Positions 60,901-64,000 of a DNA stretch of 64,000 nucleotides are shown here, piece after piece. The stretch's first letter is position 1. The number at the start of each line of letters is the position of its first letter. Source of the stretch: Convolutriloba macropyga. Lineage: Eukaryota. Both the position numbers and the translations under genes were made by a program. Location: assembly GCF_964194025.1 (NCBI RefSeq), contig NC_134473.1, positions 40,548,001 to 40,612,000 of the forward strand, written 5' to 3'. The notes beneath the pieces are model-generated. The model was not told the origin of the DNA and did no database searches. It worked only from the letters and a program-made list of their open reading frames with translations.

Positions 60901-62329
60901 TGACAAAAATGCTCACAATCACTGGTTTTTTCACAGGAACATCACTTTATCGAAAAATAAAATCATGAAATTGCATTTCTGTCGTTATGTTTTCAAATTT
61001 GCAACATTATTATGGTAAACTAAAACAGTTGGCTTGTTGTAAAATCTGATAAAAAGTTTCCAACCACCTAATGTTTTTTATTATACCCGAAAAAGTAATC
61101 GCTTGTCCAAGTTTGATTTTTTTTATTGCCACGAAATCTTGTCTCATTTCTTCAAACAGCCCGCACAGTTCCTTCGCTGGAGACGCCTTGAGCATGTTAC
61201 TTTGTTTTGTTATCGTCTCTACGCATGCTGTTCACTAGATCTAGATTTTAAACTGAGTTGCTTTGAATTTTGTCCGTGAAAATCCGATATTTCGAATGGC
61301 AACAGTGTGGCAAACAATAAAAAAACAAAGCAGCTTTATCATCGTTTCTGTGTAAGCGGTAAAAAGTTAGAATAAAAACTCGTGTTAAATTTTACGATTT
61401 TACGTAATTTTTCACGCTTTAGCGCAAATCATACGTTTTGAGCAAAAGTAACACTTAAAGAGCACAAATTTTGCTGTACGTAGCTTTTTGGTAGCATAGT
61501 GTATTTTCTAGTCTCAAAATATATCAAAGATTGCACTGCATAAAATGGAATTGGACCTCCAAACATAGGACACAATCAAGCGCTCAGATTTGATTAATTT
61601 CCTCCGACTTGTACTATCATACGTGAATCTGAATTTAGCGACAATACTATTGATAAATTGTTTGTAATATTTGTTGTGAATCATCATCATAAACATTGGA
61701 AGCTGCGAGAAACATTTTTCACAAGTTATGGTGACTTGATGAGTTGCAAATCTTTAACCTCTATGAAAATTTTTCTTCACTGCTGAAACGAATGCGTATT
61801 GCAACAAAAGATCTGTTGAAAAGTATAAGGTAAAAACTTTGAAGACATTATATCAGCGAAAGTTAGTCAAGGATAATCCAAAATAAAGTTCAAAGTTCTG
61901 GTTGCGCTGAAAGTTTCTTTTCTTCCTCTACAGCATGAAGAAGATGACGTTATAATCCTTAGAATTTCATATCATCATTGATGCTGAACAAAAACGAAAT
62001 TTATCAGCATGCTCTCTGCTCACCAAGAGATGATTAGCAACGGCCCAGTTAAGAGTTCAATTGATCATGACTTTTAACAGGATCAGTTTCAGGATAAAAT
62101 TTGCCTTGTAAAAGCTGCGACTGCAATTGTAAGATTTGAAACGTACCCCGGTTTAACCATTCCTTTAGTCTTCCCTTACGATCCATATTCACTATTTTTC
62201 ATTGAAACCTGTCCAGAAACCGTTAATGCTCTTCCCTCATATAGTGAGCTGGGTTCCCATTGAACATTATTAACAGATCATAACAATTTCAAAGAAATTC
62301 TTTCAATGGATCTATTTCTCTGATGATAG

Positions 62330-63649
62330 CCCGGGTCGAGGTGTCACCACCATTCAACGCAAAATTATGTAAGATAAGCGGTGAATGCGGTCAAATTAGA
62401 TAAATCAGGCGGTGAATGCGGTGAAAAAAAACCTTTATCGCCTGGTAGCGTTAAATTACATAAATTCACCGCTTTGAAAAAAGTGTCCTAATTGTGTAAG
62501 ATAAGCGGTAAATACAATGAAATTACATAAATTCACCGCTTAACCTAGTGGTGAATTTACATAAATTCACCGCTTAGAAAAAAGTGTTTAAATTGTGTGA
62601 GAACAGCAGTGAATGCGGTGAAATAACATAAATTCACCGCTTAACTTAGTGGTGAACTTACATAAATTCACCGCATGAAAAAATTTTAGAAATTGTGTAA
62701 GAACTGCATTGAATGCGATCAAATTACATAAATTCACCGCTTGGAAAAAAGTGTTTAAATTGTGTGAGAACACCAGTGAATGCGGTGAAATTACATAAAT
62801 TCACCGCTTAACTTATTGGTGAACTTACATAAATTCACCACTTACAAAAGAGTGCTAAAATTGTGTGATACCGCTCAACTTAGTGGTGAAACAACATAAA
62901 TTCACCGCTTAACTTAGTGGTGAACTTTCATAAATTCACCGCATGGAAAACTTTTTTTGAAATTGTGTAAGAACTGCATTGAATGCGGAGAAATTACATA
63001 AATTCACCGCTAAACTTAGCGGTGAAATTACATAAACACGCCGCTAAGACAAAAAGTGTTAAAATTCTGTGAGACCGCTCAACTTAGTGGTGAAATAGCG
63101 TAAAATCACCGCTTAGAAACGCTTCGAATTGTCTGTTCAACGAAGTTAAGGTACACTTATTAAAAGACGAACGAAAAATTTACCCACAAATGGTCATACA
63201 TCTTTTCGAAACTTTTTAAAGCGGTGAATTTATCTAAATTCACCACTAGAGTAAGCGGTGAACTTACAAAAAATAACCACATTTCACCGCTAAAATTTGT
63301 AATTTCACCGCTAATCTTACAAAACTTCAACGCGTATATTTTACAAAAAGTAGAGTGAATTGATTTAAATTCAAAAAATATGCTAGAAATTAGTGAGAAA
63401 TTGCGCAGAGGAAGAAGAAGTGGCTGACGTGCAGGAGATGAAAGGTTTGAATCCGTACAAGGTGGGTAGCGTTTAGTAAGCGGTGAAATGTGGTGCATTT
63501 TTTAAGTTCACCGCTTACTCTAGCGGTGAACTTTCAAAATTTCACCGGATTCACCGCATTTCACCGCAAAATTATGTACAAAATTTGCGGTGAAAAACCA
63601 TTTTTCACCGCTTATCTTACATATTTTTCCGATTTTTCTTCGACCCGGG
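62330..63649. mobile_element. Non-autonomous DNA transposon (CMC/EnSpm-like), 1320 bp
   Basis: TIR CCCGGGTCGA...TCGACCCGGG, 2-bp AG flanks, subterminal inverted ATGTAAGATAAGCGGTGAA / TTCACCGCTTATCTTACAT, and dozens of TTCACCGC motifs in both orientations. Confidence 0.8.
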
Positions 63650-64000
63650 AGAGAGTCCACCGGTGAAATATCTTTGAATTTTACCGGATCATTGAAAACG
63701 CATGCATATTAAATTTCAGCCTTAAATATGCCTTTCTTGCTTGTAACTCGTACTCTATGAACTAATTTGCTGCCAATTTTTAATTTTCTGAAGCTCTCCT
63801 CCCAGGAATCGACTTCAATGTTGTTGAAGAGCAGCTATCGTACCTAATTTATAAAAAAGTATACTTTTTAAAAAGTGTATTCTCGTGACTTTTCAGCCGA
63901 CACCAAGCATTTTTATGGAACCAATATGACACCTCGACGTGAATTATGGCTTCTATGAAATCATCATGAGTCAATGATGGTTTCTTTCATGAAATTTCTA

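Noticed and set aside
57943-62300. Short ORFs right of the second gap
   Set aside because: No recognisable domains or convincing exon structure.
62330-63649. Possible CRISPR-like array
   Set aside because: No unique spacers, repeats in both orientations, no cas genes, eukaryotic context.

Overview
AT-rich eukaryotic, most likely invertebrate, genomic DNA dominated by mobile elements. No bacterial features, rRNA, tRNA or CRISPR were seen. (1) 1-~5387: right part of a decayed, very AT-rich Polinton-like virus with a probable MCP N-terminus, penton, adenain protease, two A32-like ATPases and a Zn-finger ORF. (2) ~5.4-21.5 kb: host-like DNA with a near-identical 1388-bp tandem duplication and an older ~1.6-kb duplication carrying a CRE-like non-LTR remnant. 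(3) 21496-38208: a complete Polinton/Maverick (adintovirus-like) element with AGTAGT termini, ~127-bp TIRs and a 6-bp TSD (GAGGTA). Its pPolB is split by a spliceosomal intron; its MCP and ATPase are disrupted. (4) 39224-46693: a 3.73-kb tandem duplication of a GT31 glycosyltransferase gene. (5) 46761-57765: a young env-carrying Gypsy/errantivirus-like element with 318-bp LTRs and a CAGAT TSD. Its 5' region is scrambled by template switching. Between pol and env it carries an antisense cassette encoding a KDM2/KDM7-like JmjC oxygenase, apparently fused to an AT-hook, plus a small membrane protein. This cassette is the most striking observation: a candidate retroelement-encoded anti-silencing system. 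(6) 62330-63649: a non-autonomous CCC...GGG DNA transposon full of TCACCGC repeats. All family assignments come from motif recognition by eye; no searches were run.
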